In this document: positions 49,163 to 60,423 of the stretch, piece after piece
Numbering within the stretch: the stretch's first letter is position 1
Layout: each line of letters starts with the position of its first letter
Source: Adineta vaga
Lineage: Eukaryota; Animalia; Rotifera
Direction: 5' to 3'
Length of the DNA stretch: 64,000 bases
Assembly (NCBI GenBank): GCA_021613535.1
Contig: CP075497.1
Location: forward strand, 12,710,001-12,774,000
Translations under genes and position numbers: made by a program
The notes under the pieces: generated by a model
Databases searched by the model: none
Seen by the model: only the letters and a program-made list of their open reading frames with translations
What the model was told of the DNA's origin: nothing

Positions 49163-50253
49163 ATGTTTTCTAACGAAATAAAACATTCAAATAAAACATA
49201 TAGAATTCAAGGTGAATTATATACTGTACTTGATCAATTAGGTTATGGAACATATGGATCTGTTTGGACATCTATTACAGAAAACGGTATGAATAATAAT
49301 AAAAATATTAAATCTGATTGAATTACTTTAGGTGAATATGTTGCTATTAAAATATTTGATTTTAATCGTTCAAGTAATCGTATTAGTTTAAATGAACGTC
49401 TGAATTCTTTTCGAACCGAAATTAAAATGGCTAATAGAATGCGTAATGAAACTGAACATGTTGTAACAATATATGGATATGAATTGAATTCAAAATATAG
49501 TCTAGGTTTTATAGTTATGGAATTAGCAGATGAATTATTAATAGATAGAGTTAGAAATCTTCATCGAATACATTCGAGATCAAAAGTGTTAGATTATGAA
49601 GATTATATTTCATCGAAAGATCGACAAATAATATGGATTCAATTAGTTAATATTATTCTTGCACTTCATCGGTATGGTGTAGTAAGTTAAAATAACTATA
49701 AACAATATCTAGAATTCTTTCTCATATTGAACTGCATTGTAGTATAATAGTTAGGGGAAGAAGATATTGATAAATTTAATAATCTAGGTTCATCGTGATC
49801 TAAAACCGGCTAATTTATTATTTTTCGGACCAATCCTAAAAGTTATTGATTTCGGTACAGCACAAGACGAACGCGCAGGGTAAGTTTTATATTTTCTTTC
49901 AATTATTATATATTCTTTGTCTTATTTTATATAGATACAATGGACATCAAAGAATAGGTGGCTCTCGTCCTTATAGTGCACCAGAATGTTTTTCAGGTCG
50001 AATACCTATTACATCAAAAGCTGATATATGGTCAGCAGGTGCTATCTTATATTTTATGACATATGGGAAACGACCTGTATATGAAACTACAAAACCACCA
50101 AATGGTGTTCCACCAACTCGTTCTCATCATGTTCAAGATGTTCTTCATCATTGTCTTCAACGAAACCCAAATCGACGACCAGATCATCAATGGCTTGTCG
50201 AGCATCCTTTAACGAAAACGAAATCTCCTTTTAGCTTTTTAAAATGGATATAA
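49163..50253 (+). CDS. Ser/Thr protein kinase, divergent Mps1/TTK-like, 4 exons
   Basis: LGYGTYGSVW, VAIK, VHRDLKPANLL, IDFG, YSAPE, KADIWSAGAILYFMTYGKRP. Confidence 0.88.
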
Positions 50254-50316
50254 AAAGAAAATAAATGATTATATTTTCAATATTTTTTATTTTGAAATAA
50301 TAATGAAAAAGAAAAA

Positions 50317-52379
50317 TTAATTGTCTGATTGTAAATGTTGAATTCTTTCTCTGTTTAATCGATCACGTTCTATAATACTATCTGTTATTAAATCAATATC
50401 TTTAAGTGGAATAAATTTTGTTTTGTTAACATATTTGTAAATAAAAAACATTAAAACGATTACGGGTAAAATAACATAACCAGATAGAAATGTTTGAACA
50501 TTAAATGCTGTTTTTGTACATGTCGAATTTCCAGTTTCAAATAGAAATCGATCAAATTTATATGTAGAAAAATTTTCTTCTTCAGCTAAATGTGTACAAT
50601 TATATTTTACTGTGGAAAATGCTGAATAACCTTGTCCAAAAACACAAATTAAAATAAGTAACGAAGCTAGAAATGGTCCAACTGGAAAGAACAAAGCTTT
50701 ATAAACTAAATCATTTAATGAATAACCTTGTAAAATATATGCACGACGAAATCTCCAATGTGATATAGCAATACCAAACCAAGCAATAAAACCCATAACA
50801 CTTGTCATATTAACTAACCAAATATAAATAACTTGATTTCCAACAAATGATAAACCAAATAAAGCTGTTGCTAAAATTGTTGTTAACATTAAACAATAAA
50901 TTGGTATTCCACCTTTTGTTAAATGACGAAATATTTTTGGTGCTTTTCCTTCATTAGCTAATGTCCAAAATATTCTTGTACATAAATAAAGACCTGAATT
51001 ACCAGCTGATAAAATCGTTGTTAAAATGACAACATTCATAATATGATCAGCACCGGGAATACCTGAACGACTAAATACTAATGTAAATGGTGACACAGCT
51101 ATACTATCAACACCATTGATTTTACTTAAATGTTCATCATTATATGGAATAATTAAACCCATAATAAAAATAGCACCAACAAAAAATAAAATAATACGCC
51201 AAATAGTTCCATTCATTGCACGTGGAACATCTTTTTTAGGATTGGAACTTTCACCAGCAGCTATTCCAACTGCTTCTGTTCCCTAAAATTTATATTTTAT
51301 TTAAAGAAAATAGAAATCTCTTTTCTTCTTACTTGAAAAGCAAAACCAGAAATAATCGATGTTGTAATGACTCCTGAAACACCACCAACAAAAGGTGCAC
51401 CTTCTATTTTCCAATTTTCAAAACCAATTGTTTTTCTTGGTTTTCCAATTGCACCTGCATCAACTAAAACGCCAACAAGTAAAAAGATAAGTACAGTTAC
51501 AACTTTGATCATTGCAAACCAATATTCTGCTTCGCCATAACCTTTAACTGTAAATGCATTTAATAAAAACATAACTAACATTCCTAATATTGACCAAATT
51601 ATTGAAGGAAAATGTGGTAACCAATATTGAACAATAAGACCAGCAGCAACTAATTCACCTGCAATTGTTGTTACCCAAGAAAAATAATAATTATATGCTA
51701 AAGCAAATCCAAATGCTTCATCAACAAAACGACTTCCAAATGTATTAAATGAACCACTGATTGGATATTGTGTTGCTAATTCAGCTAAGAGAAAAAAAAG
51801 AAAGATAAATTCATTTGTACAAATATAGATAAAACTAAACACGAACCTAAACTAGTCATAACAAAATAAACCATAACAGATATAATTAAATAAGAGATTA
51901 GAGAACCAGCAGGTCCAGCAGATGCTAATGCTTGTCCTGATGCTAAAAATAATCCAGTTCCAATAGTTCCACCTAATGCAATCATTATCATATGTCGTTC
52001 TTGTAAATTTCGATGTAAATCTTTTTTATCTCCTTCAATTAAATTGTTCGTATCAGAATATTCATTTGCATAGGGATTATCCGCATCGTCATTTAATGAA
52101 TTTTTTCGTAAAAAATTTGGAATTAACTTTTGAAGAAAAGTTTTCTAAAATAAAACGAAATTATTAATTAAAAAAAACGTTTATTATTATTACTTGAGAC
52201 GATCTTTTAGTTAATTGAGTTTCATTTATGAATGTACTATCATCATTTGTAGGTAATCCCGATATGACACTAATCTTAAAAGAAAAATGATAAATCAATT
52301 AAAAGATTTTATTTTTTTTGTAACTTACTGGAATTCCATTTGTACTTAAACTAGTGGTTAATTGAGAATTTGTTTTCAT
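50317..52379 (-). CDS. Amino acid permease, APC superfamily (LysP / yeast AAP type), with introns
   Basis: LQERHMIMIALGGTIGTGLFLASG, ELATQYPISGSF...RFVDEAFGFA, YGEAEYWFAMIKV, FAFQGTEAVGIAAGESSNP, SPFTLVF, LSAGNSGLY, HWRFRRAY. Confidence 0.93.
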
Positions 52380-52838
52380 CTTTTACTTGTTTTAAAGATT
52401 ACGAAGTGAAAAAAGAGATATTTCAATTTCTTCTCTTATCGTTTACTCGGATGATGCATCATTTTCTTTTATCTTTTTTCTTGTTTCTTTTCTCATAATA
52501 TGGACTTTGATTATCAACAATAAAAAACAAAACAATATGACCAAACAATTCTTAAATGTACTTTCGTCTACTCAATAATATTAAAGTTAATCCCTACTTT
52601 CATAGCATCGAAAATTATTTCGGTTTTTTCAAATTCAATTTATTCGATACCGATGTGTTTAAGTTTGAAACAGTGATAGGATAGATATGCATCGTGCTAG
52701 TATTCATTTTGATCAACAATGATTCTTTCATTATAACTTTACTATTAATTAATGAAGAGATTTTAATCTTGGGAATAATAGTGTTCAGACAAGAGCTAGT
52801 CTGAGTTTGCCCAAAACTGTGCTGCTAAGTGTAATGTA

Positions 52839-52960
52839 CAAAGGAGGAAAAGTGAGACTTCTACTTCGAAATACTTCCTGTACTTCACTCTTATCTACTT
52901 CGTTAAACGAAGTACCATAGTGAAGTATTTCATTCCAGAAGTCTCACTTTTTCCCCCTTG
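52839..52960. mobile_element. Small Tc1/mariner-type MITE (122 bp) with TA target-site duplication
   Basis: TA|CAAAGGAGGAAAAGTGAGACTTCT ... AGAAGTCTCACTTTTTCCCCCTTG|TA; internal TACTTC/GAAGTA repeats. Confidence 0.75.
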
Positions 52961-53176
52961 TATAAAGTCCATCGCAGCATAAAATATAATGTTAAATTTG
53001 TTGGTAAAACAATCGATTGTAATCTAGCGACATCCAACGAAATATCAATTGATTGTATTTTTTCGTTTCTCTTAAAAAACGAAAAAAAAAATATCATCCG
53101 ATATATTTGCATAGTTATTTTAGATTACTTTTTTCCGATGAAAACCTTATATTATTGAAAATGAAATTTGAAGATA

Positions 53177-54424
53177 ATGAGTTACGTTGACAATAATGAT
53201 ATTATTGATATAGCGATTATTGGTGGTGGAATAAGTGGTTTAGTAACTGCATTATATTTATCTCGTTTAAATATTAGAATTCGTTTATATGAACAATCAG
53301 AACATATTGATACAGTTGGTTTTGGTTTAAATCTTCAACCATATTGTGTAAAATGTCTTTATGAACTTGGTTTAGAAAATCAATTAAATGATGTTGGAAT
53401 TAAAACAAAAAAAGCTTTATTTTATTCTCGTCATGGTCAATTTATATTTGAAGATCTTCGTGGTTTAGATGGTGGTTATTCATATCCAATGTATTCAATA
53501 CATCGTGGATATTTACATCAAATATTATTTTATCAATTACAAAAACTAGGTGATGAATTTATCATTCAACTTTCACATAAATTAATTGAATTTAATAATA
53601 AATCAAATCATATTGAAATTCAATTTTTAAATACAAAAACAAATCAAAGAAAATTAATTCAAACAAAATTATTAATTGGTGCTGATGGAATTAATTCATT
53701 AGTTAGAAAATTCTTTTATCCAAATGAAGGTTTACCCGTTTGGAAAGGTCTTCAAATTTGGCGTGGAATAACACATGTTGAAAAAACTTATTTAGATGAA
53801 AAAACAATGATTTGTATGGGTAATCCAGATACAAAATATTTTATTATGTATCCAATAAGTAATAATCTTATTAATTGGGCTTGTGTTTTAAGAATTCAAG
53901 AAAATAATCACAATATATCTTTATCAACAAATAGTATTGATTGGAATAATAAAGGTTTTTATCAAGATTTTCTTTCCTTAATTAAAGAAATGAAACTTGA
54001 TTTTATTGATATTAAACAATTAATTAAATCATCAATAAATATAAATCAATTTCCAATAACAGATCGTGAACAAATTCCTCGATGGACATTTAATTGTGTT
54101 ACTTTAGTTGGTGATGCAGCACATCCAATGTATCCAAATGGAGGAAATGGAGCATCACAAGCAATATTAGATGCTCAACAATTATATTATTCTCTTTTAA
54201 AATATGGAATTACTAATCAAGCACTTGAAGATTATGAAAATATTCGACGTCCATTAACAGATCAAATTGTTCTTTTAGCACGACAATATGGTCCTGATGA
54301 AATTCTTCGATTGATTGATGATCGTTCACCTAATGAATTTGAAAATTTATCTGATATTATTTCATCAGATGAAATTCAATCAATCTATGAAAATTATCGA
54401 AAAAGAACTGGAGCGAAAAAATAA
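53177..54424 (+). CDS. Group A FAD-dependent monooxygenase (PhzS/salicylate-hydroxylase-like, bacterial type), intronless
   Basis: IAIIGGGISGL, GLNLQP, YSIHRGYLH, LIGADGINSLVR, VTLVGDAAHPMYPNGGNGASQAILDA. Confidence 0.93.
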   Translation: MSYVDNNDIIDIAIIGGGISGLVTALYLSRLNIRIRLYEQSEHIDTVGFGLNLQPYCVKCLYELGLENQLNDVGIKTKKALFYSRHGQFIFEDLRGLDGGYSYPMYSIHRGYLHQILFYQLQKLGDEFIIQLSHKLIEFNNKSNHIEIQFLNTKTNQRKLIQTKLLIGADGINSLVRKFFYPNEGLPVWKGLQIWRGITHVEKTYLDEKTMICMGNPDTKYFIMYPISNNLINWACVLRIQENNHNISLSTNSIDWNNKGFYQDFLSLIKEMKLDFIDIKQLIKSSININQFPITDREQIPRWTFNCVTLVGDAAHPMYPNGGNGASQAILDAQQLYYSLLKYGITNQALEDYENIRRPLTDQIVLLARQYGPDEILRLIDDRSPNEFENLSDIISSDEIQSIYENYRKRTGAKK

Positions 54425-54457
54425 TTTTCTTCTTTTTCAAAAATAAAAAAAGAGTAA

Positions 54458-54529
54458 TGCCTCCACGCAGGATCGAACTACGGACCTCCAGTTTACAAGA
54501 CTGGCGCTCTACCACTGAGCTATAGAGGC
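54458..54529 (-). tRNA. tRNA-Thr (TGT)
   Basis: GCCTCTATAGCTCAGTGGTAGAGCGCCAGTCTTGTAAACTGGAGGTCCGTAGTTCGATCCTGCGTGGAGGCA folds into a cloverleaf; A and B boxes present; T-run Pol III terminator just downstream. Confidence 0.96.
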
Positions 54530-54566
54530 ATATTGACCTTAGATGAATTTGTTTTAGAAAATATTT

Positions 54567-55820
54567 TTATTTTAATTGAAATAAAACACATTCAACAGCA
54601 ATTCCCGGTCCAAATGAAAGACCAACAACATATTTATAACGATTATAATCTTTTGGAAAACTAATATTTTTCTCATTTGGTTTAATTTTCGAATATTTCC
54701 ATCGAATAAAATGTTCCAAAACAACAATATTACTTGATCCACTAAGATTTCCATAATTATACATAACATACCATGATGCACATAATTGTTCATCATCTAA
54801 ATTTAAACAATCTTTTATTCCACGAATAATTTTTGGTCCACCTGTATGAACAACAAATTGACAATGATAAATATTAATATCATATTGTTTTAATAAATTT
54901 GATACAAAATTTGGAAGAAAATTAAAAACAGCATAAGGTAATTGTTTATCTAAATAAAGATGAATACTTGAATCATTAAATTCTTTTAAACAACCTAATT
55001 CTAATGTATTTGGTATAATTGATGAACGATGATCAAGAATTTGACAATAAATTCCATTAGATAATGTTTGTTTTTGTGAAAATATTGCTGCACCAGATGA
55101 ATCACGAAAAAGTGCTGAAATAATAACATTTGATTTATCAATTGATTGTTTTGATTGAAATGATGTTAATTGATTTCCCAATGCTGATCGAATATCAGAT
55201 ACAATTAATAAAACAATATTTTTATCTGATTCTAATGTTATATTATGACATAAACCAATTAAACGAAAACCAGTTAAACATCCCATTGATTCAACATTTA
55301 ATCGTTTAATATTTGAATTTAATTGAAGTTCTTTAACAAGATAAATATCCATTGATGGTGCTGCAATTGTTCCTGTCATTGTTCCAAAAATAATATGTGT
55401 TATATCATTTGTATTTAAATGAAAACAATTTTCAATTGCATTTCTTGCTGATTGACAAGATATATTTAATAAAGTCTTTTTAACATAATTTGTATATTCT
55501 TCACGTTTCATTCTTCGAAATAAATCATTTTCATTTAAATTTACATGACTTTTTTCAATCATTGATGCTTGAAATACTCGATTAATAAAATCCAAATCTT
55601 TTGAAAGTAAATTTTCTTCTCCACCACAATAATTTTCTATAAACATTTGTTTCATTTGATTTTGTGAATAAGAATTTAATGGAAATGAACATGATAAACC
55701 ATTAATATAAACTTTTCTTTTATAAATGAATTTCTTTTTTATTAATTGATAAATTCGATATAATAATGATGATGTTCCAATTGTTATTGCTAAATAAAAA
55801 AACATTTTTTCATTTTTCAT
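54567..55820 (-). CDS. Type III polyketide synthase (chalcone/alkylresorcinol synthase family), intronless, with hydrophobic N-terminal segment
   Basis: Catalytic Cys (VESMGCLTG), His (VVHTGGPKI) and Asn (YGNLSGSS); DITHII, SALFRDSSGA, GLSFGPGIAVE. Confidence 0.92.
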   Translation of the reverse strand: MKNEKMFFYLAITIGTSSLLYRIYQLIKKKFIYKRKVYINGLSCSFPLNSYSQNQMKQMFIENYCGGEENLLSKDLDFINRVFQASMIEKSHVNLNENDLFRRMKREEYTNYVKKTLLNISCQSARNAIENCFHLNTNDITHIIFGTMTGTIAAPSMDIYLVKELQLNSNIKRLNVESMGCLTGFRLIGLCHNITLESDKNIVLLIVSDIRSALGNQLTSFQSKQSIDKSNVIISALFRDSSGAAIFSQKQTLSNGIYCQILDHRSSIIPNTLELGCLKEFNDSSIHLYLDKQLPYAVFNFLPNFVSNLLKQYDINIYHCQFVVHTGGPKIIRGIKDCLNLDDEQLCASWYVMYNYGNLSGSSNIVVLEHFIRWKYSKIKPNEKNISFPKDYNRYKYVVGLSFGPGIAVECVLFQLK

Positions 55821-56136
55821 TTTTCTATTTTAATAAAAGTCAATTTTTGTTTTTATATTAATGACAAATATCAATGTCAGTGATGATAATCTTGTTTTTA
55901 ATAGAAAATGCTTTATCATTATTAAATAACAAATTTAGTTTTGAGAATATTTTGACAAAAACACGATTTTTGAAACCTACGCAATAAGATAAGAAATATC
56001 AATATTTTCTTTTAAATTCTATTGTCATGAAAAACAAAATAAATTGAAAAATATGAAAAAAAAAAGAAAAGAATTCTTTGTTTAACTATTCATTCATTGT
56101 TTTTAAGTAAAAGAAAATTTTGGTTGAGTTAAAGAA

Positions 56137-56520
56137 ATGAATGAAACTCTTGAAGAAAAATATGATGATAAACAAATCAAGAAAATAATTAGTGAAATTA
56201 TTGAATTAACAATTGGTTATCAATCTTATCAAGCAACAAAAATGAATCAATGGACATCAAATATTGTTGAAATGATTTTAGATTCAATTATACAATTAAA
56301 TAATAAATATAAATATATTATTCAATGTGTTATTATGCAAAAAAAGAATTCAGCTCTTCATACAACAAGTTCATGTTTTTGGGATTATGATGAAGATTAT
56401 TCATCAACATTTCAGTAAGATTTGAGTTTTTTCTTTTAGAAGGTTTTTATTTGATTTAATTTTAGTTGGGAAAATCAATCAATGTATGCTGTTGTATCAG
56501 TTTTTGCTTTAAAGATTTAA
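56137..56520 (+). CDS. Dynein light chain, Tctex-1 family
   Basis: YKYIIQCVIMQKKNSALHTTSSCFWD..D, then after an intron WENQSMYAVVSVFAL. Confidence 0.9.
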
Positions 56521-56716
56521 CTTTTTTTCGAACAAAGATAAGATTTCTTGATTTGAATCAAATTCAAGGTTTTATTCAAAGTATCAATTAACACGATTCA
56601 AATTGAAATTCAATCCTTTTTTTTTCTTTTTTTGATAAGATAAATAAAATAAATATAAAAATCAAGCATCGATTCATTTTCTTTGTTTACAAACAAAAAA
56701 CGTTCTTTATTCAATC

Positions 56717-57304
56717 ATGTTGAAAATTATTGGAATTTTTTTCTTCTTTTTTCTTCTCAATTCGTCTGAATGTGTTAATCGAACATATTTAATAAAAAAA
56801 GATTTAATTAGTGGTCTGAAAGGTGGAGAATTTACAATTTATGATGCTGAAGGAAAGAAAGCTTTATATCGAATGGAATCAAAATTAGGTGCTCTTCATC
56901 ATGTTCGATTATTTGAAGGTTTAACAAAAAAAAATCCAATTGGTTTATTAAAATCAAAAATAAGTGTAGTTTTATATAAAGGTAATATTGCGATTTTAAA
57001 TAAAAAATCTAATCAATGGAATAATGGAACACTTAATCAAAATTATAAAATTGTTGGAAATAAATTTGTATTAAATTTTAATTCAAATGATATTGTCATG
57101 GAAGGTAAAGCAGCATCATTTGATACAACATTTATTGATCAATCAACAAAAGAAATTTTAGCAAAATTTCGTAAGAGAATTTCGTCATTATTTTGGAAGA
57201 ATAAATATGATTTACAAGTTTTATCAAATAAATTTCCGGATGAAGTTTATTTCTTGGCTGTTGCTGCAAGAGATCATACCAATAAAAAAATTCATTCTGG
57301 TTAA
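56717..57304 (+). CDS. LURP-one-related / tubby C-terminal-like protein with signal peptide
   Basis: Hydrophobic leader; YLIKKD, FTIYDAEGK.ALYRM, ILAKFRKR..LFW.NKYDLQV, terminal helix YFLAVAARD. Confidence 0.65.
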   Translation: MLKIIGIFFFFFLLNSSECVNRTYLIKKDLISGLKGGEFTIYDAEGKKALYRMESKLGALHHVRLFEGLTKKNPIGLLKSKISVVLYKGNIAILNKKSNQWNNGTLNQNYKIVGNKFVLNFNSNDIVMEGKAASFDTTFIDQSTKEILAKFRKRISSLFWKNKYDLQVLSNKFPDEVYFLAVAARDHTNKKIHSG

Positions 57305-58659
57305 TATTTTAATCCTTTTGTTTTTCTTCGTCAAATTATTTAGTGTGTAGAAAATATTTTTCTTGATTCAAGTTTTTTTTCTTTGATTAGAATAAAATTT
57401 ATCTTATTTAAATAGAGAAGAATATAAAATCTACATTTCTTGATCATGCATTTTTCGTATAATTTATTAATGATCTATTTCTCTTTCATTTCAAGAAAAA
57501 AAATCAAACAATGTCAATTATTGTTACAGAATTTCCTCATTGTCTTGAAATGATTCTAATAGAGAGGTTTATTTTCATTAGTTACACTTTCTTGAACATC
57601 AAAGATATGATTTTGATTACAGAAGACAATTTCATTTACTTGGTAATACTTACTGGCAGCACATTTAATGAGAAGACTCGAATTACAATTATAAACCATT
57701 TGAGGAATCATGATAATGAATTTTATTAATTAAATTATCATTTTAAAGCTTAACATATATTCAGATTATTCCTAGTAATAGATTTCTTGAATCTTTATAT
57801 TCATATATGTTTAAAATGGTTAAATAGATGTGCTATCGAATATGTATTTTTTCTTATTCTTTCATTTCAGTTGGTTTTTCCAAAGTTACACACGTGTTTG
57901 TTATAATAAAGGAGCATAGAGTCAATTGATATTAAAAGAAATGACTCAGCAAATGGCCTGACTCGCTCATCTCTGGAAAAGTTGTACAATCCATCTAATT
58001 TTATAATAAATCATCAATTTCTTTCCATTCATCCATGTCATTCAATTCACTCAGCTCAGCTACGACCGAAGAAGATGTTATCTGTGACTATGTGCAAGAC
58101 CCACACCATCGCTATCTACACTGTCGAGTTCTCCGATGGTACCCTTACAACGACGAAAAATAGCGACACAACAGCCGTAGTGATCAATTCACCAATATCG
58201 AAATAAAGACTTTCTGTTTGTTTCTTCTGATTACCTCTAAAACAAAATCAAAACATATTACCTGAAATACAAATCAAGCAAGGACGAAACTCGTCATAAG
58301 TAGCTTAGGAATATTAAAAGCTTTTCACAAACTCACCCATAACTACACACCACACTCGCTTAAAAACTTCCACAAAGTTTCGTAATAACGAAATAAAATA
58401 ATCGACTGAACGTCTTATTATTCATGTTGAAATAGATTTTCATTAATCATAGATATTGTTTTTTACAAGGAACTTTATCCGAAGTTTTATATTCTCTGAT
58501 AACATTATATAGAATGTTATTAATTCAAAAAATCAAGATTTGTTTTTCATGATTAAATAATGAGAAGAAAAATAATAAATTGTGGTATTAAATAGTTATC
58601 TAGAAGTTTTTCTGTTGAAAGAAGAAAAATCTAGTTCAAATATTTGAAAGCGAAATGTT

Positions 58660-59445
58660 TTATTTAATAAAAAATGTTGTAATAGCACCAGCTAAATTAA
58701 GAACCAGTGCGATAATAGCCAAAATACAAGAAATACCCATCTTTCCACCAAGTTTATTGTTTTCTACAACCACACTGATTGCAATAGAAACACCAATAAT
58801 TCCACAAATAAGAGTTGCAATGGCGAGACCTTTTGCCAATAGAAAAATTTTCTTTTTTAAATCTTCATTAATACATAGAATCGATAAAATCGATGCAACA
58901 GATAATGGTGATAAAATACAACAAATAGTTATAAATGCACGCATTGACATTGTTTTATCATCCACTTTCGATGGTAAATTTCTACAAATGTTCGTACTTC
59001 CTTCCAACCGACATATTTTCCACAGTCCATATGTATATTTAAATGATTCGGCGGTAGATCCCGTTAACCTAAGTAAATAAATCATTTCATTATCGATATC
59101 TTTTTAATGAAACAGGTGGCAAATTCGGTGAGATAGTCGAAAAATGGTTTAATAATTCTCTATAAAGTAAATGCTTCTTTTATATAAAAATGAATATTTT
59201 AATCTTAACTTTAAGATCTCTTAAGAAATATTTAAACAAAAAATCTAATCACGATGAATCATAATGTCGATTGAACTATCAAATGAAAGAAATTAATAGA
59301 AATAATTATCTCTAGATTTGATTATTTAGTGAAAAGAAAGATTTACAAACCATATTGGTAGAGGATTTGCCGTGATGTATAAGACAGCTGTGACAGCTAA
59401 TAAACCAGTTGCAGTATATAATAGTAGTCGATTTTGAACAGTCAT
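58660..59445 (-). CDS. Claudin/PMP22/EMP-like tetraspan membrane protein, 2 exons
   Basis: TM1 MTVQNRLLLYTATGLLAVTAVLYITANPLPIW, then W-GLW-C-C signature YGLWKICRLEGSTNIC and three more TM helices. Confidence 0.8.
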
Positions 59446-59828
59446 TTGAATTGATTTGTTTGAATAAAATAATTCTATGAAATAAAATTCATAAAGTAAA
59501 CAATAATCTTTATACAGTCCAGAGATGAACAAAACAACAAAAAGTCGTCCCGTCTCGCCTAAGATATCTTGAGAGAATATACATCTATAGCAAATTCCTA
59601 TGCGCACTATTTTATTCTATGAGATCAAAATGTATAATTCAAATACTTGAATATAATTTCAAAATTGAAAGTTTTTAATTATTAAGGAGATTTAATGAAT
59701 ATTGGTATTCACTTATTAATAACAACAAAACGAGCAGAACTATGCAGCTTCTTTCAATTGAAGTGAATTAAAGATGCTTATGATCTCCGAATCAAACTTA
59801 TTTCAATTCAAAAAAAATTCTTTCGAAT

Positions 59829-60003
59829 CAGTGTGAAGCTAGCACCATGTAACTAAGAATTTCGTGAAAACGAATTCCCGTCGATAAAACCGAGTCTATT
59901 CGACACAGAATTTAATTCTGAGTCGAATGATGATATTTTTATTCATGGGAAAACGATAGAAAAAAGTTTTCCTTGATCTTTATTTGTCTTCTATACATGT
60001 ATA
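59829..60003. mobile_element. Left arm of a second CAGTGTGAAGCTAGC-family MITE, interrupted by the EnSpm element
   Basis: Colinear with 40844..41018 up to CATGTATA, where similarity stops abruptly at CCCATG. Confidence 0.88.
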
Positions 60004-60423
60004 CCCATGTGCTACGAACCGCATAAAAACCGCCGGTTAACCGGCGGTAGACCGATCGTAGAACTGAAGAGTATACCGCCTAAAAACCGCCGGTTTTCCG
60101 CGGTTTTTGCCGGTTTCTCGCGGTTAACCGCCGGTTTTTTTCTCTTAAATTGCTTATTTCTACGGCTTCCTTATCGAGAACTTTTTACGCATATTGTGGT
60201 TCCATTGTATTTTATTTTCAGTTTTCATGATCACATAAGAGAAATTACACATGTCCAGAAAGAAGTTTCGTAAAAAAAATTTACAAAAAATAGATTTATC
60301 ACATTTCACAAATTACACATAACAAAAAAGTGACACGTTTTCGCATTTGTACAATTAGTTATAGTTTAAAAAACACCAGGTGAAATATAAACAAGAAAAA
60401 ACTGATGCATTCGAATAAAAAAC

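Noticed and set aside
54458-54529. tRNA as an integration (att) site of a genomic island
   Set aside because: No duplicated tRNA 3' end or integrase seen; the tRNA is eukaryotic-type with no encoded CCA.
32991-55820. Bacterial contamination as the source of the intronless microbial-type genes
   Set aside because: They share host base composition, lack operon structure and alternate with intron-containing metazoan genes and a Pol III tRNA; read-level confirmation is still needed.
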